DNA of 64,000 nt from Nitrosopumilus sp. (GCA_965205675.1 OZ242186.1:640001-704000); one strand, 5' to 3'; numbered from the stretch's first letter, positions 30,524 to 40,962 are shown. A program made the numbers and translations. Notes: generated from the letters alone by a model not told the origin.

Positions 30524-31822
30524 ATGGCAGATAAACCACACTTGAACCTGATTGTTACAGGACATATTGATAATGGAAAATCAACTACTATGGGTCATTT
30601 TTTGATGGATCTTGGAGTTGTAGATGAAAGAACAATTGCAGCCCACGGAGCAGAATCTGAAAAGACCGGAAAAGGTGATACTTTCAAGTATGCTTGGGTT
30701 ATGGATAACATTAAAGATGAAAGAGAACGAGGTATTACAATCGATTTAGCTTTCCAAAAGTTTGAGTCACCAAAGTATTTCTTCACTTTGATTGATGCTC
30801 CTGGTCACAGGGACTTTATTAAAAACATGATTACTGGCGCTTCTGAAGCAGATGCAGCCATCTTAGTACTTTCAGCAAAAGAAGGTGAAACCGATACTGC
30901 AATTGCAGCAGGTGGACAAGCAAGAGAACATGCATTCTTGTTGAAAACACTCGGTGTAGGCCAACTAATCATTGCAATAAACAAAATGGATGCAGTCGAA
31001 TACAAAGAAGATGCATTTAATGCAGCAAAAACAAAAGGTGAGGGCTTGGCAAAATCTGTCGGTTACAAATTAGATAATGTGCCTATCATTCCAGTATCTG
31101 GATGGAAAGGAGACAATCTCGTTAAAAAATCTGAGAACATGGCATGGTACAAAGGTAAGACCTTACTTGAAGCATTTGATGACTTTACAGTAACTGAAAA
31201 ACCAACTGGCAAGCCACTACGTGTTCCAATTCAGGATGTTTACACAATTACTGGTGTAGGAACTGTCCCAGTAGGTAGGGTTGAAACAGGTGTGATGAAA
31301 GCAGGCGACAAAATTGTTGTAATGCCTTCAGGTGCTCCCGGTGAAATCAAATCTATTGAAACTCACCATACTGAAATGCCATCTGCAGAAGCAGGTGACA
31401 ATATTGGTTTCAACCTTAGAGGTGTCGAAAAGAAAGATATCAAGAGAGGAGATGTTCTTGGTAGTCCTGATGCTCCTCCAAACGTTGCAAAAGAATTCAA
31501 AGCACAAATTATTGTAATTCATCATCCAACAGCAATTGCTCCTGGTTACACTCCAGTAATGCACGCACACACTACACAAGTTGCAGCAACTGTTACAGAA
31601 TTCCTTCAAAAGATCAATCCTGCAACTGGTGCAGTTGAAGAAGAGAATCCAAAATTCCTTAAAGTTGGAGATTCTGCAATTGTCAAAATTAGACCGGTGA
31701 GACCAACTTGTATCGAAACTTTCCAAGAATTCCCTGAAATGGGCAGATTTGCCCTTAGAGATATGGGTGCAACTATTGCAGCAGGTATTGTAAAGGAAAT
31801 TACCGAAGAGTACAAACCATAG
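30524..31822 (+). CDS. tuf: Translation elongation factor EF-1alpha
   Basis: GHIDNGKST, ERERGITID, DAPGHRDF, NKMD. Confidence 0.97.
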   Translation: MADKPHLNLIVTGHIDNGKSTTMGHFLMDLGVVDERTIAAHGAESEKTGKGDTFKYAWVMDNIKDERERGITIDLAFQKFESPKYFFTLIDAPGHRDFIKNMITGASEADAAILVLSAKEGETDTAIAAGGQAREHAFLLKTLGVGQLIIAINKMDAVEYKEDAFNAAKTKGEGLAKSVGYKLDNVPIIPVSGWKGDNLVKKSENMAWYKGKTLLEAFDDFTVTEKPTGKPLRVPIQDVYTITGVGTVPVGRVETGVMKAGDKIVVMPSGAPGEIKSIETHHTEMPSAEAGDNIGFNLRGVEKKDIKRGDVLGSPDAPPNVAKEFKAQIIVIHHPTAIAPGYTPVMHAHTTQVAATVTEFLQKINPATGAVEEENPKFLKVGDSAIVKIRPVRPTCIETFQEFPEMGRFALRDMGATIAAGIVKEITEEYKP

Positions 31823-31831
31823 GCGGATTTT

Positions 31832-32140
31832 ATGACACAAACCGCCCGTGTTAAACTCACTTCTACCAGTCTACCAAAATTGGATGGTGTTTGTGGGGAA
31901 ATCATGGGTATTGGTAAAAAAACCGGTGTTAAAGTTAAGGGTCCAACTCCACTTCCTGTAAAAAGATTACACATTGCTACTAGAAAATCCCCCTGTGGTA
32001 GCGGTACTGAAACTTATGAAAAATGGGAAATGAAAATGCATAGAAGAATAATCAATATCAACGCAGATGATAAAGCAATCAGACAACTAATGAGATTAAA
32101 AATACCTGATGATGTATACATTGAGTTGTCCTTGACATAA
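31832..32140 (+). CDS. rpsJ: 30S ribosomal protein S10 (uS10)
   Basis: GPTPLP, TRKSPCG.G..T.E.WEMKMHRR; follows tuf. Confidence 0.96.
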   Translation: MTQTARVKLTSTSLPKLDGVCGEIMGIGKKTGVKVKGPTPLPVKRLHIATRKSPCGSGTETYEKWEMKMHRRIININADDKAIRQLMRLKIPDDVYIELSLT

Positions 32141-32167
32141 TCTGGTTAGCCTTAAATTATAGAAATT

Positions 32168-32374
32168 TTGATGATAAACATGGTTGAAGAAGAAATTGAT
32201 AAAGTAGAAGAAACTCTTGTTGAGACTTTTGAGGTAAATTATTCTTGCTTGAGATGTGGAACTACTGTTTCTAATACTGAGCTATCTAGATTGCCTGAAA
32301 TCAAATGTATTTGTGGTTTTAGAGTATTTACCAAAACAAGACCTCCTATAGTTAAAACAGTAAAAGCAATTTAA
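32168..32374 (+). CDS. rpo12: RNA polymerase subunit P (Rpo12)
   Basis: Y.CLRCG...IKC.CGFRVF.K.RPP.VK.VKAI. Confidence 0.88.
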   Translation: MMINMVEEEIDKVEETLVETFEVNYSCLRCGTTVSNTELSRLPEIKCICGFRVFTKTRPPIVKTVKAI

Positions 32375-32572
32375 TTATCTGTCTTTTTTATAACTGTGTT
32401 CTCTCTGTAAATGAGTTCTCATATCTTGCATATTTGTGAAATATTTCTTACATCCTTTACAATCATACCTTAGGTCTTTTCCGTGAATGATCTGTTTATG
32501 ATTCATCAATTCTTCCTCTTTAGAAAATCCCTTATCACAACTTTCACATTTTATTTTTTTAAAAAATCCCAC
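32375..32572 (-). CDS. C2H2 zinc-finger protein (2 fingers)
   Basis: CESC..F....L..H...H and CKGC..F....M..H...H. Confidence 0.85.
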   Translation of the reverse strand: MGFFKKIKCESCDKGFSKEEELMNHKQIIHGKDLRYDCKGCKKYFTNMQDMRTHLQREHSYKKDR

Positions 32573-32574
32573 TT

Positions 32575-32985
32575 TTATCCAAACTCTGATTTTTTCTCAT
32601 CCCAACATTTTCTACAAAGCTGGCCTTCAATCTTCCAATGCCTTTTTGCATTATATCTGATTAATCCCATTTTACCACTACATAGTGAACAAAAGTTTTT
32701 CTTTTTACTATGGTCTTCTTCTTTTTCATCAAAACAAGTCTTACAAAGTAATCCTTCCATGTCCCATTGCCATCTTGGTTCCCATAAATCTGTAATTTTT
32801 TGCGTGGCTTTGCACACGACACATGGCTGTCTGACTTTGCCTTCATAGTATTCTTTTGATTTATCAAAATGACAGTCTCCACAAAGTGAGCCTTTGATAT
32901 TCCATTCTCTTTTTGGTTTGTGTTTATGAGTCAGTTCTTTGCTACAGACACTACAAAATGATGGCTTTTTATTAAATAATCCCAT
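32575..32985 (-). CDS. Multi-zinc-ribbon protein (three CxxC...CxxC units)
   Basis: Probable start MGLFNKK at 32985 inside track ORF 32575..33039; repeated W..EG.LC..C units. Confidence 0.75.
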   Translation of the reverse strand: MGLFNKKPSFCSVCSKELTHKHKPKREWNIKGSLCGDCHFDKSKEYYEGKVRQPCVVCKATQKITDLWEPRWQWDMEGLLCKTCFDEKEEDHSKKKNFCSLCSGKMGLIRYNAKRHWKIEGQLCRKCWDEKKSEFG

Positions 32986-33045
32986 TTCCTTAGATCTACA
33001 AAATACGATATATTCTATAAATGTAAATAAAAATAGCAAAGATGC

Positions 33046-33168
33046 TTATTCGCTTAAGATTTTTTCAAGAGCTTGACTTGCATTAAGCATTCCGTTTCTC
33101 TTGGCAAATTCTTCGATCATTTTGTATTGTTTTTCAGTGAAACATACTGGCATTGAACGATTTTCCAT
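33046..33168 (-). CDS. Small CopG/RHH-like protein (40 aa)
   Basis: MENRSMPVCFTEKQYKMIEEFAKRNGMLNASQALEKILSE; strand-helix-helix pattern. Confidence 0.6.
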   Translation of the reverse strand: MENRSMPVCFTEKQYKMIEEFAKRNGMLNASQALEKILSE

Positions 33169-33243
33169 GTATGATATCTGTATTTTTTATTAATATCTTT
33201 TTCTTTTGGAAAGATATTTCAATCCATTTTCTTAATTTCATAT

Positions 33244-33382
33244 GTGAGAAAGACACGCCAAATTCTGGTTAATTGGAAATAACACTAGTGGTTGTACTTC
33301 TAAACATGAAAAAATTGCATGTGATATTGGTTTTGAAATTGCAAAATCTGACTCTGTCTTGATTAATGGAGGGAGGGGTGTA
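33244..33382 (+). pseudogene. LOG/TIGR00725-family N-terminal relic
   Basis: MRKTRQILV then frameshift then IGNNTSGCTSKHEKIACDIGFEIAKSDSVLINGGRGV, then truncated. Confidence 0.6.
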
Positions 33383-33489
33383 CGGTTACATGAATGGTTC
33401 TTTCCACCTAGTTTCCAAAGTAGCATCATTCCATTTCCTTTTTATTGCATCTTGTAAAGTTGTGATGTTGTATGATCTGACTTTGACAT
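33383..33489 (-). pseudogene. Truncated, frameshifted 5' end of a gene formerly downstream of the hydroxyacyl-CoA dehydrogenase
   Basis: ATG 12 nt after the upstream stop, frameshift, then TLQDAIKGNGMMLLWKLGGKNHS; breaks off at the LOG relic. Confidence 0.4.
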
Positions 33490-33501
33490 AAATTCTACTG
33501 T

Positions 33502-34641
33502 TCATTGCATGGACACTAACAACGGATCTGGTCTGTAAAACTCACCATGTTTATCAGCTAATTTGTTTAACTCATCTACAATATTTTTAATTCCAATTTC
33601 TTTTGCAGTTTCAAATAGTGGTTTTTTTAATCCCAAGCCTAATTGAGCTGCTTTTTCTATTTCTTCAATATCACTAGCTCCGTTTGTAATTAGCCATGCT
33701 GCGTTGTTTAGGATATTTGCAACAAGTTGTATTGGATTACATTTTTCTGCCAATTCTCCTGAAAGTACCACTCGTTCGTATTTGTCATCAGAATATTTGT
33801 AATAACCTTCTCCTGACTTTTGTCCTAATTTTTTATCATCAAACATTTTTTCAACAAGTGAGTGTGGATTGATGACTTTTTTATCTCGTAAATGCATTTC
33901 TACAGTTGCTTTGTGAATTACATCCATTCCTGTAAAATCAGCTAATTCAAAAATTCCCATTGGGAATCCTAACTTGAATTTTACTGCTGAATCAATCTCT
34001 TCAAGTGTGGCATTTGTTCTCTCTTTTAGAAAACATGCTTCATGAACCATTGGTATGAATAATCTATTGATGATAAATCCTGGAACATCTTTTCTGCATA
34101 ATATTGCTTGCTTGTTAATTGATTTTACATATTCTTGCGTTAATTCTGTAATCTCGTGTGATGTTTTCTCCCCTGGAATGATTTCTACTAGTTTCATTAG
34201 TTGTGGAGGATTGAAAAAATGAATTCCAATAAATTTCTCAGGACGTGATGTCGTATTTGCTATTTCTGTAATTGGTAAGGTGCTTGTATTTGATGCAAAT
34301 ACTACTTCAGGTTTTGCTGCTTTATCTAATTCTGCATAAACTGATTTTTTTAGATCCATTATTTCTGGAACCACTTCAATTACAAGTTCTGTATTTTTTA
34401 CTGCATCATTCAAATCTACTATTGGTGTAATTCTTGAAAATATTTCATCTCTTTTTTCTTTAGATATTTTTTCTTTTGATACTAGTTTGTCCAAACTCCA
34501 TTTTATTTTCTCCATAGCTTTGTCTAAAAATTCTTGTTTGATATCTCGTAAAACTACATTATATCCTGCTGTTGCTGAGACCTGAGCAATACCGTGCCCC
34601 ATAACTCCTGAACCTAACACTGTGATATTTTTGATTGTCAT
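33502..34641 (-). CDS. 3-hydroxyacyl-CoA (3-hydroxybutyryl-CoA) dehydrogenase
   Basis: GSGVMG.GIA, ASNTS, HFFNP, PGFI.NR, PMG.FEL.D..G.D; fits the 3HP/4HB cycle. Confidence 0.92.
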   Translation of the reverse strand: MTIKNITVLGSGVMGHGIAQVSATAGYNVVLRDIKQEFLDKAMEKIKWSLDKLVSKEKISKEKRDEIFSRITPIVDLNDAVKNTELVIEVVPEIMDLKKSVYAELDKAAKPEVVFASNTSTLPITEIANTTSRPEKFIGIHFFNPPQLMKLVEIIPGEKTSHEITELTQEYVKSINKQAILCRKDVPGFIINRLFIPMVHEACFLKERTNATLEEIDSAVKFKLGFPMGIFELADFTGMDVIHKATVEMHLRDKKVINPHSLVEKMFDDKKLGQKSGEGYYKYSDDKYERVVLSGELAEKCNPIQLVANILNNAAWLITNGASDIEEIEKAAQLGLGLKKPLFETAKEIGIKNIVDELNKLADKHGEFYRPDPLLVSMQ

Positions 34642-34729
34642 ATTTTTTTAAAATGTTGTATCCTTTTTAATGTATTTCAAACCATAAAGAATATCATTTA
34701 TAATTTCTATGCTCTTATAATTTAGAATA

Positions 34730-34929
34730 ATGAAACAGCGATCTATTTTATTATTTGAATCTGCAATAAAACCAAAATTCTCTAGAAAATCACCCTTGTT
34801 TTTACTTTATCTTTTAACTTTGATCAAAAACTATCTTGCTCAATACATCCTGCCTGATTTTTGATCTAGAACCTTGGAAGATTACTTTGCAATACTAAAA
34901 ATTAAAAAGTATATTTCGGATAACTTTTA
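34730..34929 (+). pseudogene. Possible tyrosine-recombinase N-terminal relic
   Basis: MKQRSILLFESAIK...(stops)...LEDYF resembles the N-terminus of thaumarchaeal integrases as I recall them; heavily degraded. Confidence 0.4.
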
Positions 34930-34954
34930 ATGTATTTCAAATTTTTACTAAATA

Positions 34955-35122
34955 ATGGGCTTATTCAAACGTAAAAAAGACGATGAAACTAAAACTAAAT
35001 GTAATGTTTGCGGAACCGACTTGCATGATCCTGAACGACTAAAAAAACACATGAAAAAAGCACATGGAAATGTACCTGCTAAGAAACTAGATCCTAATGC
35101 AGGTGATGGTGGAACCTGGTAA
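34955..35122 (+). CDS. Small C2H2 zinc-finger protein (55 aa)
   Basis: MGLFKRKKDDETKTKCNVCGTDLHDPERLKKHMKKAH...; stop abuts the next ATG. Confidence 0.75.
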   Translation: MGLFKRKKDDETKTKCNVCGTDLHDPERLKKHMKKAHGNVPAKKLDPNAGDGGTW

Positions 35123-35401
35123 ATGGAATTTACATCCAGTCAAAAAACCAGTCTTGTATTTGTAGGTGCTTTTCTTACTGCTGGTATTGTTTTATCTACT
35201 TTGGTGTTTCCTTTTTGGAATCTAATTCGTGAAGATGTATATGAAGAAGTAACAATTTTGTCAAATGATGAAGGTATTTGTTATGTTGAAACTAGTGACA
35301 CTATTCCAAAAATAATTGAAGATTGTACTTTGCAATCTGGCGACGTTACTACTATCAAATTTGGAGAGGGGCTTGCCTGGGCAACTATTGTTGAACCTTA
35401 A
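35123..35401 (+). CDS. Small membrane-anchored protein
   Basis: N-terminal TM plus a small beta domain with a Cys pair. Confidence 0.65.
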   Translation: MEFTSSQKTSLVFVGAFLTAGIVLSTLVFPFWNLIREDVYEEVTILSNDEGICYVETSDTIPKIIEDCTLQSGDVTTIKFGEGLAWATIVEP

Positions 35402-35439
35402 TCGATGATTTAATATTTTGATAAATTCCCTGAACCATT

Positions 35440-35847
35440 ATGGATTGTATTTTCTGTAAAATTATTTCTGGTCATATTCAATCAAAATTTCTCAAAGAAA
35501 CTCTCCACTCTGTGTCCTTTTTAGATGCATTTCCTCTCGCAAAGGGGCATGTTCTAGTTATTCCAAAAAATCACCATCAAAAAATTCAAGATATGTCTAG
35601 TGAAGAAAACACTGATTTGTTTTCCCTTGTTTCTAAGATGACTTTGCGTGTTGATACAATTACTGGTTCTACTTTAATTGCAATACATAATGGAAAAGAA
35701 TCTGGCCAAGAAATTCCACATGTACATGTTCATTTAATTCCAAGAAGTTCATCTGATTCTGCAGGCCCTGTACATAGTATGTTTGATTCTCCCCCAAATC
35801 TGTCTGAATCTGAAATGAATGATCTTTACAATAAATTAAAAATCTAA
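35440..35847 (+). CDS. HIT family hydrolase
   Basis: CIFCKII, GHVLVIPK, GQEIPHVHVHLIPR. Confidence 0.93.
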   Translation: MDCIFCKIISGHIQSKFLKETLHSVSFLDAFPLAKGHVLVIPKNHHQKIQDMSSEENTDLFSLVSKMTLRVDTITGSTLIAIHNGKESGQEIPHVHVHLIPRSSSDSAGPVHSMFDSPPNLSESEMNDLYNKLKI

Positions 35848-36557
35848 TAAGGGAATAGTCTTTCTTTTGTTTTTAAATTTTCTACATTAATTGCTTTTGT
35901 GGGACATGTTTCTGCGGCATTCATTATTTTGTTAATGCCTGCCCCTTTTTGATTAATCACTGCCGATTTTGGATTTGATCTACTCTCTTTATTGATGGAA
36001 AATACATCTGGTGCAATCATTTCACAACTACAACAACCTATGCATAAGCTTTCATCTACATTTACAAAAAGTTCGGGCTGTTCTCTGGGTTCTTGGGCTT
36101 TCTCAAATTCGCCATTTCTTCCATCAGCATGTACTCGTGCATTGTAATCCTCCCAGAATTTTTTTTCATACTCTTTCCAAAAATCTGGATCTCCTTCTTC
36201 AAATTCACGCGTGTATTTGCCCCAATCTTGTTCTGGTATGCTTCCATTCTCCGGAGCCCCCCATTGTGGTTTTCTTTTAAAATCACTTTTTGGTTTATTT
36301 TGAGTTGTATCTTGATGAGGCGAATCAGTTCTTTGATTGTGGTTTTTCTTTAGATGATTATATGCTTCAGTAATCTTCTTAAATTCTGCATCTTCGGCTT
36401 TATCTTGATTTTTGTCTGGATGTAATTCTAATGCTAATTTTCTATATGCTGCTTTAATATCGTTTTGTGATGAACTAGAATCTACATTTAGTATTCTGAG
36501 TGCTTGGTATGTATTCACTAGCAATACAGATTTGTCATGTGTTAAAAATAATTGCAT
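35844..36557 (-). CDS. DnaJ-ferredoxin fusion protein
   Basis: J domain with HPDK plus C-terminal CIGCCSC...CP ferredoxin; true start probably near 36518. Confidence 0.9.
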   Translation of the reverse strand: MQLFLTHDKSVLLVNTYQALRILNVDSSSSQNDIKAAYRKLALELHPDKNQDKAEDAEFKKITEAYNHLKKNHNQRTDSPHQDTTQNKPKSDFKRKPQWGAPENGSIPEQDWGKYTREFEEGDPDFWKEYEKKFWEDYNARVHADGRNGEFEKAQEPREQPELFVNVDESLCIGCCSCEMIAPDVFSINKESRSNPKSAVINQKGAGINKIMNAAETCPTKAINVENLKTKERLFPY

Positions 36558-36578
36558 AATATTTGCAGTTTATTTTGC

Positions 36579-36934
36579 TTATTCTAAGAACACCTCATCA
36601 TCTGTTTTCCAAGTCCAACAATACACAAAAATTTTAATTCATTAGATCCCGAATTCTCAATGAATTGTCTGGAATTTGACGGTACGCTGAATCATCTTTT
36701 TCTAAATGATACATCTCTTCACCTGTGTGTAAAATCTCTGTACTTTCTAAAATATAGTATATTTCAGATGATGTTATTTTGTGCTGTCTTGATTTTTTCC
36801 CTGTTTTTGGAGAAAATTGGGCCAAACTATAGTTTATTCTATTTAGTGTATATCGTGTGGATGAAAGTACTCTTTGATTTTAGTTCCTTCGTTTCCTTTA
36901 ATTGTGTCTATTTCAGAACTCTTACGTAATGATA
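36579..36934 (-). pseudogene. Cupin-domain pseudogene
   Basis: Start mutated to ATA; frameshifted pieces SLRKSSEI..KEYFHPH / YSLAQF...HKITSSEIYYIL / QFIENSGSNELKF. Confidence 0.65.
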
Positions 36935-36940
36935 TTTCAT

Positions 36941-37399
36941 TTAGATGATAATTTTTGAAACATTGGTTTTAAAATCTGATTCATACCATTTCGTTTTGTA
37001 TGTTGCATTTTTCTTTGGAAGGATGTTAATAGCAATATGGGAAAATTCTTCTTTCTTATCTATAGAACCATGTGTATGAAGTGTTTTTGCAGGAATGTGT
37101 ACAGTGTCTCCTTCATTGAGGTTGATTTTTTCTATTTTTTTAATTCTAAAATTTGTTTTTCTAGTTCCATATTTTCTAAAAATCTCCAAGCTACCTTTTC
37201 CCTTTACTCCAATTAACACTTGATTTCCATTATGTTGATGAAGTTTGGTTCTTGATCCTTTTTGAAAATGAACATGATAGATGTCTTGATCTTTTGTTTT
37301 AATTTTTTCTGAAAGAACTTTCATCCATGTCTTATTTGTAAACCAGTCTGGGTTTACATCTCTTTTATCCCCTGTCCCATGTATGTTTATTTTTTCCAT
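36941..37399 (-). CDS. Cupin domain protein
   Basis: H.H...Q.L....G.G and GD.V.IPA...H.HG. Confidence 0.85.
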   Translation of the reverse strand: MEKINIHGTGDKRDVNPDWFTNKTWMKVLSEKIKTKDQDIYHVHFQKGSRTKLHQHNGNQVLIGVKGKGSLEIFRKYGTRKTNFRIKKIEKINLNEGDTVHIPAKTLHTHGSIDKKEEFSHIAINILPKKNATYKTKWYESDFKTNVSKIII

Positions 37400-37400
37400 T

Positions 37401-37778
37401 CTATATTCTATCCAATATTTTTTTCTTTTTAGCTTGAAATTCTTTTTCTGTAATTACATCTGCTTTTCTTAGTTTTCCTAATTTTTTTAGTGTCTCTAAA
37501 TCATCATGAGTGTTTGCTGTAACTTTTTTTGCAGTAGATAACCCTTTGTTGATTTTCTTGATTCCTTTTCTCTGCAATGATTCTTTCTCTTTTAGTGCCT
37601 GTCTGTGTAGTTCTTTGCTTGTTTTGGAAGCTTGTTTTGCAGTCATTGAGCCTATCTCGACTGCTTCTTCTAATACTTTGTCTGCTTTTCTGACTCCTTC
37701 TTGAATTGCCTTGTCTGCTTTTTTCAAAAACTTGTCAATATAGCCTCTTCCTCCTTTTTTCTCTGTCATACTTTGCAA
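37401..37778 (-). CDS. SHOCT-domain coiled-coil protein
   Basis: C-terminal LKKL..L....VITEKEF...KKKIL. Confidence 0.75.
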   Translation of the reverse strand: MQSMTEKKGGRGYIDKFLKKADKAIQEGVRKADKVLEEAVEIGSMTAKQASKTSKELHRQALKEKESLQRKGIKKINKGLSTAKKVTANTHDDLETLKKLGKLRKADVITEKEFQAKKKKILDRI

Positions 37779-38603
37779 ATAATCTTAAATGTATTATCTC
37801 TTTCTTATTTGGGCTTTAGTTAGTCTTTTGGTTGTTTTTATCGCTGTTGAGTGTAAGTTGAGGGGTGATTGTGAGGAGATTTGATATGGTCTCAAGTGGC
37901 ATCATTAAGATCAAATCATGCATATGCCTCATTTCCCATTTTAGATGAGAGTCTTTACAAGACAGTCATCATAAATCCCATTGATATCTTTTAGATCCAT
38001 GCTACATAATGATTCCTTAAATTCCTCATCTATGAAATTGCTATTTACAGAGTTGAGAGTTTACAATATTGGATATTCTGTTTAACCTTTTCTAGTTTTG
38101 ACTTTAATTCCTTGTTTTCTTTTGCTAGTTTTTGTACATCATCTGCAAGATCGAGTCTGTCTTTTCTTGCTTATGATCACTTAATCTTGATTGTAATGAT
38201 ATACTGTAGGCATCAAATAACTAACACAACAACAGACAAATATTTTGTTTGAAATCAAAGTTTGAGGGTATTGGCGAAAGAACATGAAATTATCACGTAT
38301 TTCCCTATCTAGCCTACATGATATGTATTAACCTGTAAATTATTTATGCATTTATCCTGTTATGATTAATGATGTGGATTCAATTACATTCCAAATAGTT
38401 CATTGTTGCAATAAAATAGTTCATTGTTGTTGTAGGTAAATGATGATGCTATCAATTCTGTCTCCAAACTCTGAATTACAGATATTTGATGGTGACTGGC
38501 CCATTAATTAAGAATCAATACGAAGAAAATAATCCAAGATACGCCAGTATATCTCCTTTATCTGAATTGATTTAATAGATAGAATTGTATACTTTGTATA
38601 GTT

Positions 38604-39311
38604 TTGGCAAAATCCACTCATGATGTAAAGATTGTTGTTTTACGAAAAAATATTGATGAAACTGAAGCAATGGGTATAGTTGAAGGAAAAAAAACTGCCC
38701 CTTTCAAATCATTATTATCTAGACCTAAAAAAGATGATGTTCATATTCATTCTTTGAAATTATACCACGAATGTATCCTTATGATCTCAGGAAAATACGT
38801 TGCAGATTATCTTAGAAAAGCAAATCATGTTATTTCTGTAGATTCCAATGTCCATGAAATATCTCTAGGTGATGGTGTTTTTCCTATACGATCAAAATCT
38901 GGTATTACCAAAGCTTTTGTTGGTAAACGTGGCAAGAACAAAATTGACTTGAAATTAGAAGAACATGTATTTGTTGAAGAAGAAGGCGAACTATCTTTTG
39001 ATCATCATGGTCGTGAAATCAAATTCCCATTTAAAATCAATTCAAAAACTATAGAGAATTATCCTAAAAAATTATTAGAACAAAACTTTTCTAATGTTAA
39101 AAAATCTGAAATCACTTATGATGCTGCAATCAAAAAACTTCAGTTAGAGCTAAAAAAACCATTAGAAACTGATGTTAGGAACCTGAATGAAGAATTTATC
39201 TTGCGTGAAATTGTAGAAGTTTATGCCCCTGTTTTTGAGGCTAGATTAACTGGACCTAAAAAGAAAGTCGGAATAATTAGAATTGATGCAGTACGGAAAA
39301 AAATTCTATAA
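38604..39311 (+). CDS. Hypothetical protein
   Basis: 235-aa ORF with normal composition. Confidence 0.7.
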   Translation: MAKSTHDVKIVVLRKNIDETEAMGIVEGKKTAPFKSLLSRPKKDDVHIHSLKLYHECILMISGKYVADYLRKANHVISVDSNVHEISLGDGVFPIRSKSGITKAFVGKRGKNKIDLKLEEHVFVEEEGELSFDHHGREIKFPFKINSKTIENYPKKLLEQNFSNVKKSEITYDAAIKKLQLELKKPLETDVRNLNEEFILREIVEVYAPVFEARLTGPKKKVGIIRIDAVRKKIL

Positions 39312-40127
39312 TTTTACCAATTTTCTAAATTGATCATTAGTGTGCAATTTTATAAATATTGGTTCTTCTTTTGCCCACACTCGTATGATTTTGGGGTTTT
39401 TAGAAACTGCCTGTTTTAGTAATTCTAATGACTCTGGATATTTTTCTAGTGCTGCCTTGCTACGTGATTTTGCGTAAATGACATTTACATTGTCTTTGAA
39501 TTTTTTGAGAATACCATCAAAGACTACAAGTGCTTTCTCATGTTCTCCCAGTTCTGCTAATTGTACTCCTTTTTGAAAAAATGCATCTTGATTATTTGGG
39601 TATTTTTTACAAATGTTTTGAAAACAATTCAGAGCTTCTTCATGTCTTTTCATTTTGCCTAGAATAATTCCTTTGTACATCACCACATTTGGTTTTCTTG
39701 AGTCAATTGATATGGCTTTATCCAAAACAACTAGAGCTTCTTCTCTTTCTTGTAGTTTGTCTAACAGTACTCCTTTGTTAAAATATGCTGATGCATTTTT
39801 TGGATCTGTTTTTATTGCTTTGTCATAACATTCTGCTGCTGCTTGTATGTTGCCGTTTTCAGCCATTGCAATTCCTTTGTTGTTATATGCCTGAGAGTCT
39901 TGAGGATTAATCTCTAGCAAAACATCAAAGCATGTTATTGCATCACTGTATTTCTTTATCTGGTTTAATGCCAGACCCTTGTTGAATAACGCTGATGCAT
40001 TTTTTGGTTCTTGTTTTAGTATTTTGTTAAATAGTGAAATGGCCCCTTTTGCTTGGTTCTGCTTCATTAGAGACATTGCATTATACAGCAAATCTTCTAC
40101 GTCTACTTTTGAACCAAACAGTCCCAT
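39306..40127 (-). CDS. Tetratricopeptide repeat protein
   Basis: Repeated A..NKG..L......A...FD......P units. Confidence 0.88.
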   Translation of the reverse strand: MGLFGSKVDVEDLLYNAMSLMKQNQAKGAISLFNKILKQEPKNASALFNKGLALNQIKKYSDAITCFDVLLEINPQDSQAYNNKGIAMAENGNIQAAAECYDKAIKTDPKNASAYFNKGVLLDKLQEREEALVVLDKAISIDSRKPNVVMYKGIILGKMKRHEEALNCFQNICKKYPNNQDAFFQKGVQLAELGEHEKALVVFDGILKKFKDNVNVIYAKSRSKAALEKYPESLELLKQAVSKNPKIIRVWAKEEPIFIKLHTNDQFRKLVKL

Positions 40128-40164
40128 AATTTCCCAAAAATGATATTGCTAATGAAAGTTTGGC

Positions 40165-40287
40165 TTAGCTTAATGATTTGAATTTCTTTATTGCTTCTTT
40201 TGCCATGTTTTCTTGCTCTTTTGCAGATGTGTCTGTAGGATCATCTGTTGCATATGCTACCTCTTTGTTCTCTTTTTTCTTTTCCAT
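40165..40287 (-). CDS. Small hypothetical protein (40 aa)
   Basis: MEKKKENKEVAYATDDPTDTSAKEQENMAKEAIKKFKSLS; TTTATAAA-like element upstream. Confidence 0.5.
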   Translation of the reverse strand: MEKKKENKEVAYATDDPTDTSAKEQENMAKEAIKKFKSLS

Positions 40288-40962
40288 GTTATATTTTGAT
40301 TAGACTATTTTATAAAAATCTGTCATTTCCTTAAATCTTGGAATTTATACAAATATGCCAAATAGATTCTTTATGCATTTTGTTTTTTTCAAGATTTCTA
40401 AGTCATTGGGTATATACTGGCTAAAAATGAATTAGGTGCTTATCAATCATTTATCCCCAACATATAGTCAAGCAATAATAAGAAAGTATATTCTCAGATT
40501 TTCTCTACTCATAAGATAATATTTTCCAGAATCGTACTTTAGATAACATATGGAATTTGTACTGTTGAATCTTTTACAGAAAAATTCCAACGAAGATGGT
40601 TTGTATGAAATTATTTTGGATATCTCGATAATATTGATTATTTTTCCCAATAATTTCACAAAATTAGTTGCGGGCAATGGGTTTGCAATCCCCAAAATTT
40701 ATTTAATTATTTTAATTACGCCATTTATTTTTGTATAATTCTTTTTTTTAATTAAAAATCCTGATGCTTTAATAAAGTCTTGATAGGCGATTTTATTCTC
40801 TGTCTAAAATCTAGCTGCATCCTTTACCTGTGATAAAATAAAATCCTTGATATGTGCAAAATTTATCTTAATAATTATGAGAATTATTATTGAGAATGCT
40901 ATTGTTTTCTGTATTCTAAAACTAGATTTTTAATTTTAAAATAAGAATAATCATCAAAGTAT

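Noticed and set aside
31328-31974. Long antisense ORFs over tuf/rpsJ (and similar ones over ilvB, lig, fbp, SSS, cas3)
   Set aside because: Antisense shadows of well-supported genes, with no motifs.
35844-36557. DnaJ-ferredoxin fusion as a novelty
   Set aside because: Already a known thaumarchaeal protein family.
37800-38560. Long non-coding stretch with a coiled-coil-like fragment (LADDVQKLAKENKELK) and a short tandem duplication
   Set aside because: Probably decayed genes, but too degraded to assign a family or structure.
40468-40738. Two short overlapping ORFs in AT-rich DNA
   Set aside because: No recognisable motifs; likely spurious or relic.
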